A stretch of DNA of 64,000 bases, taken from the NCBI GenBank assembly GCA_964016885.1, contig OZ024744.1, positions 125,798,001-125,862,000 on the forward strand, written 5' to 3'. Shown here piece after piece: positions 39,306-52,609 of this stretch (position 1 is its first letter; every line of letters begins with the position of its first letter). The position numbers and the translations under genes were made by a program. The notes under the pieces were generated by a model. The model made no database searches. It was not told where the DNA came from and was given only the letters and a program-made list of their open reading frames with translations. This DNA is from Eledone cirrhosa (Eukaryota).

Positions 39306-42071
39306 TCAGGTGTAGTTTTGGCGTATTTCGGGAAGCATGAGTGTCTTAAAGGATGCAGTGTCTCGGCAGCTAACAATTGACGCAGGCAGTTTGTTCCATG
39401 TTTCAGCAACTCTGAGCGTGAAAAAATGTCTGCGAAAGTCATGGGAGCTGTGCTGTTTTCTTATCTTGTAGGCATGTCCACGTGTGTTAGACACATGGAG
39501 ATCAAAGAGGCGCTCAGGGTTGCAGTTGGCGAGATGGTTAAAAACTTTGTGGGTATTCACCAAGTCCACTGCCAGATGTCGGAGCTTCAATGAATCCATG
39601 CCCAGGGAAGCAAGGCGTTCAGAGTATGGTAGGTGTCTGATGGAGGGTATGCGCTTGGTTGCACGTCTCTGAACAGCTTCCAGGAGGTCAATGTTCCGAG
39701 CAAGATAGGGGTTCCAGACTGATGATGCGAATTCCAAGTGTGGTCGCACCATAGCTGTATACAGTTTTAAATAGATGGCTGGAGAGCGGCTAACAAAGGT
39801 CTTGCTGAGTGATGCCAAGACACCCTCGGCCTTCTTGACAATCTTAGAGACATGCTTTGTCCAACGCAAATCGTTGCCGACAGTAATGCCCAGGTCACGT
39901 TCACAAGAGGACTTTTTGATGTCAGTGTTGTGGAGGGAGTATGTGGACGCTGGATTTTTCCTTCCAAAATGCATGGTGGTACACTTGTCCACAGCCAGCT
40001 TCAGTTGCCAGTCTGTGATCCATTGCTGCATTGTGTCCAGGTCTGATTTTAGGAAAGAGTTGTAAATTTCAGGATCAGTCCTTTTGATTTCAAGGTACAG
40101 CTTGATGTCATCTGCATATTTTAGTACCGTGGCATTCTGTAAGTTGGCATCTATGTCATTAATATATGCCACAAACAAAAGAGGACCAAGAACAGATCCC
40201 TGTGGTACACCAGATGACATCTCATATGGTGAAGAATGCTGTCCTAGAACCGTGACTACTTTCCTTCGGCTGAGAATGAAGGATTTCAGCCAGTCGAAAA
40301 GATCATCCCTCACACCCATTGCAGAGAGTTTTGCCATAAGTCTTTTGTGTGGCACAGAATTAAAAGCCTTAGCAAAGTCAAGGTAAACAACATCCACCCA
40401 TGAGCCGCTGTCAGTGATCCGGGTGATGTCCTCAAGGAACTCGATAAGCTGATCACAGCAGCTGGAGTTAGGGATAAATCCAAACTGTGAGGGCCGGATG
40501 AGGCTGTGAGAGCTCCAGAAGTTCCAAAGTGTTTCTCTGACACAGGATTCCATCAGTTTGGCCATACAGCTAGTAAGACTGACTGGACGATAGTTGACAG
40601 GTGACATGCGGTTGCCCTTTTTGAACAGGGGAATGACACTGGCAGTTTTCCACTGCTCCGGAGTAGCACCATTGCTGAGACAGTATTGAAAGAAAAAAGA
40701 AAGCTGGCGCAAAAGGAAATCCCCGCCACGTTTGAGAAGCAGGTATGTCACACCATCAAGACCAGGGGAGGCATAGTTGCGCTTATTCTTAAGGTGACGT
40801 CGCAACATTGCAGGTGTAAATTCCATAGTTGTTATGGAATTTGATGTTAGAGATGGTGGAGATGGTACATTCTGGTTTTCAACAGTAAAAATACTTGCAT
40901 AGCACTCAGCAATGAGTTCTGCGCATTCCTTGGGATCGTCAGTGATCTGGCTTGTGTGGGGATTGCGAAGAGGACCAACTGGAGAGTGAGGTCTCTGCTT
41001 TGAATGAACATATTTCCAGAACACCTTACTGTCAGGATTGGTTGCGATGCACTGTTCAAATTCAAGCACTGCCTTCTTTGTCACTTGCTTGAGATGGTTA
41101 GAAGATTTATTCCGCTTTTTTCTGTTGGCATCTGATCTATGCAGTTTATATTCCCGTTCAGCGTTCCGACGTTCTTTCCTGGCAAGTCGGACTGCTGAAG
41201 TTTCCCAGATTGCACTTTTGGGGTGGTTATTTTTCCGCTTCCGTGGCACTGATGCTGCACACGCTATCCATATTGAGTCCAGGATGCTCTGGAGTATAGA
41301 GTTCACATCTCCAGAGTTATACATCTCATGCCAGTTTGGGCGCTGTAGCTCAGTGCAGTACAAGTTCCAATCCGCCCTCTTCCAATCAAAGCAAGCAGAT
41401 TGGAGATGGCTCTGGTTTTTGTTGCTGCCCTCAAGTGCCAGATTGGCAATGATCATAGCATGATCAGAGTCGCCTAGAGGTTCCTCAGTAGTACAACTGA
41501 TAACCACTTCAGGAGTAGTGGTGAAGATCAGGTCCAAAGTGTTGTCACCTCTTGTTGGAGAGGTGACTACTTGTGACCAGTTTGAGTCCAGCACTAGTTC
41601 AAGGAAATCGTTTGCACCCTGTGGCCAACGAAAGGTTTCCCAATCGATCTCAGGATGATTGAAGTCACCTGCAATAAACACATAAGTGGCTGTTTTCTTG
41701 GCAGCAACTCTGAGGATATCGCAAAGCTGTGTGTCCTGATGGTAGTTTGGGGGGCGATAAACAACACCAAGCAGAAGTGTTGACATGGTCATACGTATGT
41801 CACAGAAAAAAACTTCTTCCTGTGATTCGTTCAAATCAACGCAAGGAATTACCGAAAAGTTTGAACGAACGTAGACCATCACACCACCACCACGGCGGTT
41901 AATGCGGTCCTTGCGGAAAAGGTTGTACCCAGTAATGGTGAAAACCCCATCACAGAGTAAGGAATGTGCCCATGTTTCCGTGACTGTGATGAAGTCAGGG
42001 TCGATGCTTCTGACGTAGGATTCGAACAGATGTATCTTGTTGCATAAACTGCGAGCATTTAAGGACAACAA
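39306..42071 (-). CDS. LINE ORF2: APE endonuclease + reverse transcriptase (921 aa, uninterrupted)
   Basis: LNARS, ETW, GDFN, SDH (APE); NYRPVSL, LDFAKAF, GVPQGSVLGP, YADD (RT); CR1-type ERDLG and QRRATK C-terminus. Confidence 0.95.
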   Translation of the reverse strand: MLSLNARSLCNKIHLFESYVRSIDPDFITVTETWAHSLLCDGVFTITGYNLFRKDRINRRGGGVMVYVRSNFSVIPCVDLNESQEEVFFCDIRMTMSTLLLGVVYRPPNYHQDTQLCDILRVAAKKTATYVFIAGDFNHPEIDWETFRWPQGANDFLELVLDSNWSQVVTSPTRGDNTLDLIFTTTPEVVISCTTEEPLGDSDHAMIIANLALEGSNKNQSHLQSACFDWKRADWNLYCTELQRPNWHEMYNSGDVNSILQSILDSIWIACAASVPRKRKNNHPKSAIWETSAVRLARKERRNAEREYKLHRSDANRKKRNKSSNHLKQVTKKAVLEFEQCIATNPDSKVFWKYVHSKQRPHSPVGPLRNPHTSQITDDPKECAELIAECYASIFTVENQNVPSPPSLTSNSITTMEFTPAMLRRHLKNKRNYASPGLDGVTYLLLKRGGDFLLRQLSFFFQYCLSNGATPEQWKTASVIPLFKKGNRMSPVNYRPVSLTSCMAKLMESCVRETLWNFWSSHSLIRPSQFGFIPNSSCCDQLIEFLEDITRITDSGSWVDVVYLDFAKAFNSVPHKRLMAKLSAMGVRDDLFDWLKSFILSRRKVVTVLGQHSSPYEMSSGVPQGSVLGPLLFVAYINDIDANLQNATVLKYADDIKLYLEIKRTDPEIYNSFLKSDLDTMQQWITDWQLKLAVDKCTTMHFGRKNPASTYSLHNTDIKKSSCERDLGITVGNDLRWTKHVSKIVKKAEGVLASLSKTFVSRSPAIYLKLYTAMVRPHLEFASSVWNPYLARNIDLLEAVQRRATKRIPSIRHLPYSERLASLGMDSLKLRHLAVDLVNTHKVFNHLANCNPERLFDLHVSNTRGHAYKIRKQHSSHDFRRHFFTLRVAETWNKLPASIVSCRDTASFKTLMLPEIRQNYT

Positions 42072-42127
42072 TTTGTACCCTGCTCGCAGTCTATGATGGT
42101 GTGTAGAGGGTGGCAGGTTGTTCTGGT

Positions 42128-42280
42128 TTAGTTTCCCAGAGTTGTAGCAGTTTTTACATTGCCAGTTATTGTGGGTAGATCACACTCAGACCAGCTGGTA
42201 TCTCTCTTCCACGTTTCACCCGCCTTGACAAACCTCCAGATCTGCCCATCATCACGCAGACTGAAACTTTCATCTTGTGC
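42128..42280 (-). CDS. Probable 3' remnant of LINE ORF1
   Basis: Open frame from the element's 5' junction ending ...TTLGN*, overlapping the ORF2 frame. Confidence 0.5.
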   Translation of the reverse strand, partial: AQDESFSLRDDGQIWRFVKAGETWKRDTSWSECDLPTITGNVKTATTLGN

Positions 42281-42345
42281 TGTATATATATATATATACA
42301 CACGTGTGTGTGTATTTATGTATATATATATATATACACACACAC

Positions 42346-42387
<42 letters not shown>

Positions 42388-42502
42388 GTGTGTGTGTGTA
42401 TATATATTTATATATATATACACACACGTGTGTGTATATATATATATATATATACACGTGTGTGTGTATTTATATATATATATATATACACACACACGTG
42501 TG

Positions 42503-42533
<31 letters not shown>

Positions 42534-42553
42534 GTGTGTGTATATATATATAT
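42281..42553. repeat. Compound (TA)n/(CA)nCG(TG)n microsatellite, right half
   Basis: Same motif as 38540-39158. Confidence 0.95.
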
Positions 42554-43013
42554 CTGTCTCTCTCCCTGTCTCTCACTCTCCCTCTATCCCCCCTCTCTCT
42601 CTCTGTCTCTCTCTCCCCCCCCCCTCTCTCTCTCTAGTAGTAGAGAGAGACAAAGAGAGAGAGATATAAACGTATAACCCTAACCAAACCCTAACCCAAC
42701 CCTAACCCCAACCCTAACCCTAACCTAACCCTAACCCATCTCTCTCTCTCACCCCCTCTCTCTCTCTCTAGTAGTAGAGAGAGAGAGATATAAACGTATA
42801 ACCCTAACCCAACCCTAACCTCTCTCTCTCTTCTCTCTCTCTCTCTCCCCTCTCTCTCTCTATTCCCCCCTCTCTATTTCCCCCCCCTCTCTCTCTAGTA
42901 GTAGAGAGAGAGACAGAGAGAGAGAGAGATATAAACGTATAACCCTAACCCAACCCTAACCCTAACCCAACCCCAACCCTAACCCATCTCTCTCTCTCTC
43001 TCTCTCTCTCTCT
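42554..43013. repeat. Three composite units (CT)n-AGTAGT-(AG)n-TATAAACGTA-(TAACCC)n
   Basis: tataaacgtataaccctaacc at ~42665, ~42789, ~42930. Confidence 0.8.
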
Positions 43014-43144
43014 TTGTTTTTAACATTGTTTTGTTTTTCTTTTCTTTTCTTATTCAGATGACAAACGGCAGAGGATACAACAGAAGAAAAGAACAAAGAT
43101 AATTATTATTATTATTACTATTATTATTTGTTTTATTATAATCA

Positions 43145-43860
43145 AAATATGCTGTTAGTTAGATCTGCATTGTGTACATTTTATATAATTTATGCCAGTT
43201 CCTTTTCTGCATATCGAACATGGCCATTTCCCTGACGGAATAGAGTTTTGTCCTCTTTCGTGACACAAAGTACAGCCAGCGGCATCATTGCGGACAGACT
43301 TAATCCCGAATTGCACTGACACACTGCCTCGCAATACGGAACACCGCACGTCTTTGATCTTCTTCCCGTCGATCAGCCTCCTTGCCATGCTAAGTACACC
43401 TGACGTCTAGCTTCTCTCTTAGCGGCGGCTTTATATTCTTCTCTACTCCCACTAATTTTCCAAGCATTCCATGCTAGCCTTTAGTCTCCAATGGCCCGAT
43501 CTACCGTGCTGTCCCACCACCATGTCACTCTCTGTCTGGTTGGAACTCTGATCCAGCCACAAGTTTAATCAGTAGCCTGCAATAAGTTGTCACATAAGAA
43601 AATCGAGTTCTCATGTATGTCATACGACTGTGAATCGTCTTCTTTTTCGTCATACACATATTGAAGGGCTTTCCTAAATTTCTATTTTAGTGAAATCTCT
43701 TTTAGCTTCCAGACCTTTCTTTTTTCCACATCTTCCTGTATGTCTCAATCATACCTGGAGCTGTCCAACATGACCATTGAAATCCCCTGCTAGCATAACG
43801 ATGTCTCCGTCCTGTCATTGTGGCTGTTTGTAAAAATTGCTTGTAAATGAAGTCTTTCTT
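43145..43860 (-). mobile_element. RTE LINE fragments; 43017-43504 is a diverged paralog of ~105-1063
   Basis: Shared sequence with 680-1063; GKWPCSICRKG motif; TWWWDS linker motif. Confidence 0.7.
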
Positions 43861-44987
43861 TTCTTTACCTAGCAGAAGCAATTAACACTAACCCAACTGT
43901 AACACTAACCCTAACACTAACTTATGCAGGCCTAGGTAAAGACAAGAAAGATAAAACAAGGAGTGATGCTTCTTGAATTTTGTGATGCAAGTGTTTTAAC
44001 CATTTGCAAAACCAACTTCCACAAACCTGCCTCACTGCCGCCTAATAACCTACAAATCAGGCAAGCACAGAAGCCGGATTTCTCGGTAGTTAGGCAGCGA
44101 GACAGACAGATGGGGTGTGAAGTACCAGGGTGTGCCCCGGGGAGGAATGTTTCCCACAGCGTGGGTTGGTTGTTGGTGATGTCTCGGTTATCTTGAGACG
44201 GAGTGAGACGTGCAGGAATACTCTCACGGAATCGCCAAATGAGGTTTATTTTTCAACATAGTCCCTGGAATGAAACAATGTGGTTATTAAGAAGAATTGA
44301 AATTAATGTAAGATTTCACAGATCTATGATCAATCCTTCACAGTCAGCTTACAAAGTTTTCAGCCAAACCTTGTGTATTTCCAACATTTCAAACCCTATC
44401 TAGGACTACATTATCTAATGTACAGTACAGTAGTTAGTATTAGTGGCTATCAGACATAGTGTATCTAAATGCAACATTTTTAACATTGTTTTTTTTTTCT
44501 TTTCTTTTCTTTTCTTATTCAGATGACAGACGGCAGAGGATACAATAGAAGAAAAGAACAATGATAATTATTATTATTATTATTGTTGTTATTCCTTGAA
44601 TCTCAGTCATTGATGTTGGTTAACTGGAAAGTCCGTTGGAATGAATATCAAGCCACTACCTGCAGCCTCAGATATTCAGGACGTATCGGAGGGTTCTTGC
44701 TGTTCCAAGCAAGCATGCCTTTTGAAGCGTTCCAAAAAGCGTGAAGGGGCCGATTTTCTTTAACCATCCCTGGAAACTTTTGGAGATGGACAAAAAACTG
44801 GAACACAATAGACCTGACCTGGTGGTTGTGGACAAAGAAAAAAGATCGTGTCTGATTGTGGATGTGGCCTGCCCGTTCAACACGAGAGTGCAAGAGAAGG
44901 AGAGGGAGAAAATTAACCGATACCAGGACCTAAAGTGGGAGGTGAAAAGGATTTGGAACTTCCATGAAGTCAAAGTGATCCCGATTG

Positions 44988-45028
<41 letters not shown>

Positions 45029-46540
45029 TATTATTTGTTTTATTATAATCAAAATATGCTGTTAGTTAGATCTGCATTGTGTACATTTTATATAATTTAT
45101 GCCAGTTCCTTTTCTACATATCGAACATGGCCATTTCCCTGACGGAATAGAGTTTTGTCCTCTTTTCTACTCATCAACACTCATTCGTGACACAAAGTAC
45201 AGCCAGCGGCATCATTGCGGACAGACTTAATCCTGATTTGCACTGACACACTGCCTCGCAATACGGAACACCGCACGTCTTTGATCTTCTTCCCGTCGAT
45301 CAGCCTCCTTGCCATGCAAAGTACACCTGACGTCTAGCTTCTCTCTTAGCGGCGGCGGCTGTATATTCTTCTCTACTCCCACTAATTTTCCAAGCATTCC
45401 ATGCTAGTCTTTAGTCTCCAATGGCCCGATCTACAGTTTCTGTCTCAACTCGTCTATGCTTGGTCGTTCCCGCACATTGACATTGCACATCCAACGGAGC
45501 ATGCTTGCTTCATTTCTCTCCAGCCGTCGCATGTCCTCTGCAGTTGCTGCCCGTGTCTCACTACCATGCAGCATCGCGCATCTAAACCTGGCCCTTACCC
45601 TAACCCCAACCTCTTTGGTTTTCGTTTTCTCGACGGCTAGCCGCATTTCGTGATCCGCCTTTCGATTGCGCTTCCGTCGCGGCAAAAGAATTGCCTTTCC
45701 AGACCGCCGTCGCCCGACCGGACCCATGATAGAAGACGTTCGTTACCGTTGGAGCAACGCAAATTACTCCTCGGTTGACGCCAAAAACGAACGCCTTCCC
45801 GCCTCGCGCCGCCTTCTCCTCGCCGACCCTCAGCCTCGACGATTAGCCACTTTCCGTCACAGCAGTAGATACGCGTCCGTCGTAATAGCCGTCATTTTAA
45901 CGCAGGAGAAACGCCTAATTGCCCTGCACCGCGTTTGACGGCGATCTACGACGGCGACGATGCGCGCACTCTTCCTTGCTGCGACGAAGGTTTCGGCTTT
46001 TCGTCGTGGACCCGGTCAGGTCATGCCGCTGACCTCGCGTTACGGCGACGCGAGAAGACGTTCGTTACCGCTGGAGCAACGCAAATTACTCCTCGGTTGA
46101 CGCCAAAAACGAACGCCTCGCGCCGCCGCTTCCTCCTCGGCCTCGACGATTAGCCGCTTTCCGTCACAGCAGTAGATACGCGTCCATCGTAATAGCCGTC
46201 ATTTTAACGCAGGAGAAACGCCTTGACGACGATATACGACGGGTCGACGACGCGCGCACTCTTTCTGCTGCGACGAAGGTTTTGGCTTTTCGTTGTGGAC
46301 CCGGTCGGGTCATGCCTCTGACCTCGCGTTGCGTCGCCACCGCCGCGGCGGGCTTGGGTTTAGCCGTAGCTACCCTCGTTTTGCCAACGGCGACGCGAGA
46401 AGACGTTCGTTACCGCTGGAGCAACGCAAATTACTCCTCGGATGAGGCCAAAAACGAACGCTGAAGAGATATTGTCCATGGATATCGGGAATTTTACCCG
46501 CCCTAGATAGATAGATAGATAGGGATGTATGTATGTATGT

Positions 46541-46582
<42 letters not shown>

Positions 46583-46961
46583 GTATGTATCTTTCTCATT
46601 CTCTCTGTATGTATGTATGTATGTATATATATATAATTATATATTTATAGACATCCTGAAAGCTTTTTAAATGTCTGAGAGATTGGCTAAATATGTTTTG
46701 CAGGTATGACCAGTAAGAGAGAGGTAAGTTATTTCAAAACAATTCTTTGACCATTATTTTAAGGTACTATCTCAGTGTATTTTTAAATTGACCTCTTGAT
46801 AGGATGAAATGACCTGTATAATTTTTTTCATATTTAGATGGAATAGAAGAAAAACAAGAAAAATGAAATGAATTCAAACAGAAAATATACACCAATGCCA
46901 ATGGAGGTATGATTTCAGTTTAATCTTAACCTAATGACCACTTTACAGAGTGTACTGGATA

Positions 46962-47044
<83 letters not shown>

Positions 47045-50000
47045 AGGAAGCTCCAACCGTTAAGGTTGTCTTTCCATTTATTAATATATTGTGTATTTAC
47101 TCCACTAAACTGTTGAGTGCTTTATATCAGTTATAAAAAAATTTCAGCTTGTTGAATCCCAAAATAGTTGTTGAAACAGCCACAGCTCAGCCGTCGGGGT
47201 CCTGAATATTTATCATATATATATACGTATGAGTGTGTGTGTTTTGAGAATTAATAATTATATAAACAAGTTTGTAATGAACAATTTATTTCTTATCAAA
47301 ACTGTATAAACATGATATTATTTACAGTAAGAATAACAATAATAATGATGGTTTCTAGTAAAGGTGGAAGGCCAGTAATTTGGGGGAGGGGAAAGTTGAT
47401 TAAATCGAAGAGAGAAAGAAAGAAAAAACAGAACGGGAAGGAGAGGGGATGGCAAGAGGTCCGGTGTCGCAGGAGAGAGGGGAGGGTGGTTGAGCTTTGA
47501 GTCTAGGGCAAGAGGGCAGAAATGCTGCGCCCCACGGATAAGACGGCAAAAATATTCTCGCGGACGATGGCCAGAGATACCCAATGCAACAACCACCCAA
47601 CCTCGCGGTGTTCCCTCCTCAGATGGGCTGCTGACTCTCCGATCTTTTGGAGGAGCTCGGCAGTACAAGGTCCAAGTACTCCTGGGGTCTCGACGTTGAC
47701 TGGTGCAGAGAGGAAGTGGCCGGACAATCCTCGGTATTTGTTTATTTTACGTTCTTCTGCGAGGTGGGCTGCGATGCCGGGGTTTGTGACCGAAACGACT
47801 TGGAAACGAAGTTGTAGGCGGAGATTGTGTCGTAGCTGGTGGTGTCCCAGATGAGGGACCTACGTCCTTCGAATGGGAAGAGAGTGATTCCGTCGGGGCG
47901 CTTGCCATCTCCGGGACCTGTTGGCCCCAGTTGTGATGGGAAGCCAGCTGCGTCCAGGCTTCTTCTCAATATGTCGTTGACAACGACGTGTATCTATTCA
48001 ATAATTATTTGAATATTGAAATTTTAGGTTTAACTACCTTTTAAACCAAATACATTAAGAAAGGCATGACCAACACCACATCATTTTTATTTCTATTTTG
48101 AAAGTAGGTTTATAAGTATTAAATTTCAGTAGATTCTTATATCCTTCATGGTGGTCTGGTGGGAGATACGAGAGATGGTGGAGGTTCTGGTCTGGGGTTC
48201 AATCCTGCTCAGGAGATACTCTAAGGGGGTTCATACTAAACTTCTTCAGTGTTTCTTATCTCTAGAGACAAATATATATACATAAGGTAATCTGGTAAAG
48301 TTGTTAGAACATCACATAGAATTCTTTGTAGTATTTTTTCCAGTTCTTCAATCTGAGTTCAACTTTACTTTTCTTCCATTCGGGGTTGATAATAACGTAC
48401 CAGTCAAATACTAGGGGTTAATTCTTCCTCTATATCTCTTTCTCACTCTCTGTCTGTTTTATTAAGACCTGGAGAGGTGATGTACTCTACCAGGTTTTAT
48501 AATGAGTGATGGGGTCATACCTGCCTGCTACACCTCTGTGTACTAAGTGTAGCATATTATATCCTTGTTCAGGGCCTTCCTGACATTACTGTGTACTAAG
48601 GGTAGCATTTTATATCCTTGTTCAGGGCCATCTTAACATTGCTGTGTACTAAGTGTAGCATATTATATCCTTGTTCGGGGCCTTCCTGACATTAGTGTGT
48701 ACTGAGTGTAGATTTTAACATCCTTGTTCTGGGCCTTCCTAACATTACTGTGTACTGAGTGTAGATTTTAACATCTTTGTTCAGAGCCTTCCTTACATTA
48801 CTGTGTACTAAGTGTAGCATTTCATATACTTGTTCTGGGCCTTCCTAACGTTACTGTGGAAATAGTAGTTTATATCCAATATGTAATATAGATATGGATT
48901 CTACAGGACTAAAACTCATTAATATGAGGGGTATTAGTAGATTATATGCCATATTTAATAGAGAAATGGCTTCTACAAGACTAAAACTCATTAATATGAG
49001 GGGTATTACAGTTTATATGCCATATTTAATACAGAAATGGCTTCTAAAGGACTAGAACTCTTTAAATTGAATAAAATAGTAGTATATATCCTATGTTTAA
49101 TACAGAAATGCCTTCTAAAGGACTCATTAATATGAGGGTATTAGTAGATTATATAACATATTTAATACAGAAATGGCTTTTAAATTCAGGGACTCGTTAA
49201 TTTGATGGAAATAGTAGTGTCTATGCAATATTTAATACAGAAATAGCTTCTACAGGACTAAAACTAATTAATATGAGGGGTATTAGTAGTATATGTGCCA
49301 TATTTAATACAGAGATGGCTTCTAAATGGAGGTATCTCATTAATTCGATTGAAATGGTAGTGTATATGCAATATTTAATACAGAAATAGCTTCTACAAGA
49401 ATAAAACTCATTAATATGAAGGTTATTATTACATTATATGCCATATTTAATACAGAAATCGGTTCTAAAGGACTAGAACTCTTTAATTCAAATCAAATAG
49501 TAGTATAAAGCAATATTTACTACAGAAATGGCTTCTACAAGACTAAAAATCCTTAATATGAGGGGTATTGTTAGATTATATACCATATTTAATACAGAAA
49601 TGGCTTCTAAATGAAGAAATCTCTTTAATTCGATAGTAATAGTAATAATAATAATAGTAATAGTAATAATACAGCCAATTTTCCACGCAATACTTTTAGT
49701 TAGCACCCCGAACGCATAATTGGGAATATAATCACTTATTTCCTAATGTTTGTTGAGTGAGTTGGGAAAAAAAACTTGGGAAATATATTTTCAGGGTCTC
49801 AAAATCTTAAAGAGAAAAAAAAGTCCTGTGGAAGGTAGCAAAACAATTAGGAAGAAAATGGTTTGAAGTTGGTTGGTGAGTATAAGATTACAGTATCTTG
49901 TTGATTTCTATAAAGTTTACTTTTAACTGAATTGGTAAAAATGGATAAATTAGAAGACACAATATAATAACTAATATTGTCTTCTAAAACAGGGAATAAA

Positions 50001-51876
50001 AATATGTTGGTGTATTGGGGGGGGGGGGGGGGTAAACATGTGAGTTAATGGGAATGTTTTTGTTTGTTTTTATTGAAACATATTCAATCTACAGATAGGT
50101 TGTTATAGTTATTTAGTCTCGGGTCTGCCATTATCTGCAGATTTATAATTGAGGGGTGTTCCAGGTGTGACCACCCTACATTATTCCTAGAGATTGTTAC
50201 TCCTTCATTCTTCAGTCATCTTGGTCTTCTTATGAGATGGTGGTGTAGTCTTATTTATTGTTAAGGTTATGGTCTTCCTTTGTCCACACTCTCTATCTAT
50301 CTATCTATCTATCTATCAAAGGCTTCCTTCTCTGGAAAAAGATGATTTAATATTCACAACCATCTGTCTAATTGTTTTCTGATGAGAATAAAGTTAATCT
50401 TGCTTGTATGTCTACCTGATCAAATGACTGGCTGATATCTTGAAGTCATTTACACCACAGAACTGTAGGAGTCTTGATCCCTCAAGCCATACCTCTAGCC
50501 ATCATGTACTCCAAAAGAGTCTCACCTTGGTGCTACTCAACATGTCCATTAAATTTAGCAGCAAGGATGCCCTCTTCTTAGTGAGAGACAACTACAAGAG
50601 AGGTTCTTAGAGAAGAATAAGCCACTATAGTTAACTTTTGTTGACATAGAGAACCCCGATCTGTCATCTGGTGGTCCTTAAGGAAACTAGGTGTAGGGGA
50701 ATGGCTTGTGAGGACAGTGCAAGCTATGTACAAGGGTGCTGTCAGTAAAGTGAGAGGAGGAATTCCAGAAACAAAGTAGGTGTACATCAGGGTTCGGTCC
50801 TCAGTCCGCTCTTGTTCATTATAGTCCTCCCTCCCTCCCTCCCTCCCTCCCTCCCTCCAAGCCATAACAGAGGAGGAGTAGTTTAAGACTGGATGCCCAT
50901 GGGAACTTCTCTATGCTGACGATCTGGTTCTTATAGCAGAATCAGTAGAGGAGCTAGCTAGAGAATAAATTCTGGCTATGGAAACAGCAGTAGTTGGAAT
51001 CAAGAAGACTGAGAGTGAACCTAGCTAAGACAAAAGTGTTTATAAGTAGAAGAGAGGACAAAACTCTGATTCTGTCAGGGAAATGGCCATGTTCGATATG
51101 TAGGAAAGGAGTTGGCATAAATTCTATGAAATGTAGTACGCAATGCAGATCTTGGCTACACAAGAGATGTAGTGGGATAGCAGGAAAACTGACTGACAGG
51201 TAGGGAGAAATACGTATGCAGTAGATGTACAGGGAAATTTGACAGAGATTGCAGTGATAGACACATTTTTCAAATGCAGGTGGGATCTATAGAGGGAGTT
51301 GATAGCTTCTGATACCTAGGTGATCAGATTAGTAAGGGAGGAGGGTGATATAAAATATATTGTTATCATGACTGTCTTTATTATTTAAATTACCTCTGTC
51401 TATTTACAGATTTTACAGAGTGTACTGGGTGCTTTTATGATGGGAGCAGCAACTCTATACGATTTTACAGAGTGTACTTGGTGCTTTTATCATGGCACAT
51501 GGCAGCAGCAGCAGCAGCAACTACGATTTTACAGAGTGTACTTGGTGCTTTTTACTCTGACATCAGCACTGAGGAAGTTGTCATATTTTCAGCTAAATTA
51601 ATGAGTAGAAAAACCAAGTTTCTGCTACAAAAAATTCTCAGATTCAAGGGAGACATTCAGTTTAAGTATGGTATACTGTCACTAAGGCAGCAAATTGGCA
51701 GAGTCGCTAGAATATCAGATAGCATTCTTTACATTATTTGTTTCAGCTCTCTGTTCTCTCAATTCAAATCCTGCTCAGGTCAACTTTGCCTTTCATCCAT
51801 ACAAAATAGATTAATAAAAGTACCAGTGTATTACTGGGGTCAATTCTTCTTCTAACTCTTCTGCACTTCCATTCTC

Positions 51877-51953
<77 letters not shown>

Positions 51954-52516
51954 GCTTCTTTAGAACACATCTGCTGTATTCAGACCTGGAGCGGAGATGG
52001 GCTCCACCAAGTTTTAAAAATTGCCCTTTAAGCGCTGTATGTCAATATGGTGCCCCTATGATTCCCTCCCTCAGGAGTTATGGGACCATAGATACTGTCA
52101 ATTGTAAAGAATAACAGAGATATTCAGTGCTAGTGTGGTGTTCTGTCAGTTGTGGAGATTGATGAATCTAAACAGAAATATCAACAGCACTTTTCATTTC
52201 TGAGTAACACATTTGTTACCAAGTGCTGCATGGCTGGAATGAAAATCAGTGCTGTGAAAACCAAGACATTCATCCTCTCAAGGAAGCTTGTGCAGTGCAC
52301 TCTACATGTAAATGGAGTCCCACTGAAGCAGGTAGAAAAGTTCATGTATCTCGAAGCTGTGTTCACGAGTGATGACAGAGACGGCAAAGGCACAACACAC
52401 AACAGAAGAAAAGAACAATGACAATTATTATTATTATTATTATTATTATTATTTGTTTTATTAGTTTTATTATAATAAAAATTGTGCTGTTAGTTTGCTT
52501 GCTATACCATCATGTA

Positions 52517-52609
52517 CCCTAACCCTAAACCTAACCCCAACTCCAACTCTGACCCTAAACCTAACCCCAACCCCAACCCCAACCCTAACCCTAACCCTAA
52601 CCCTAACCC
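52517..52609. repeat. (CCCTAA)n tract, copy 2
   Basis: Matches 8144-8236. Confidence 0.9.

Larger units (their letters stand above)
39159..42280 (-). mobile_element. CR1-clade LINE, 5'-truncated in ORF1, with (ATT)n 3' tail
   Basis: Intact ORF2, short 3'UTR, (AAT)n on + strand at ~39158-39175; inserted in microsatellite with possible TGTATATA TSD. Confidence 0.92.

Noticed and set aside
39484-41463. Short + strand ORFs within the LINE
   Set aside because: Antisense shadows of ORF2.
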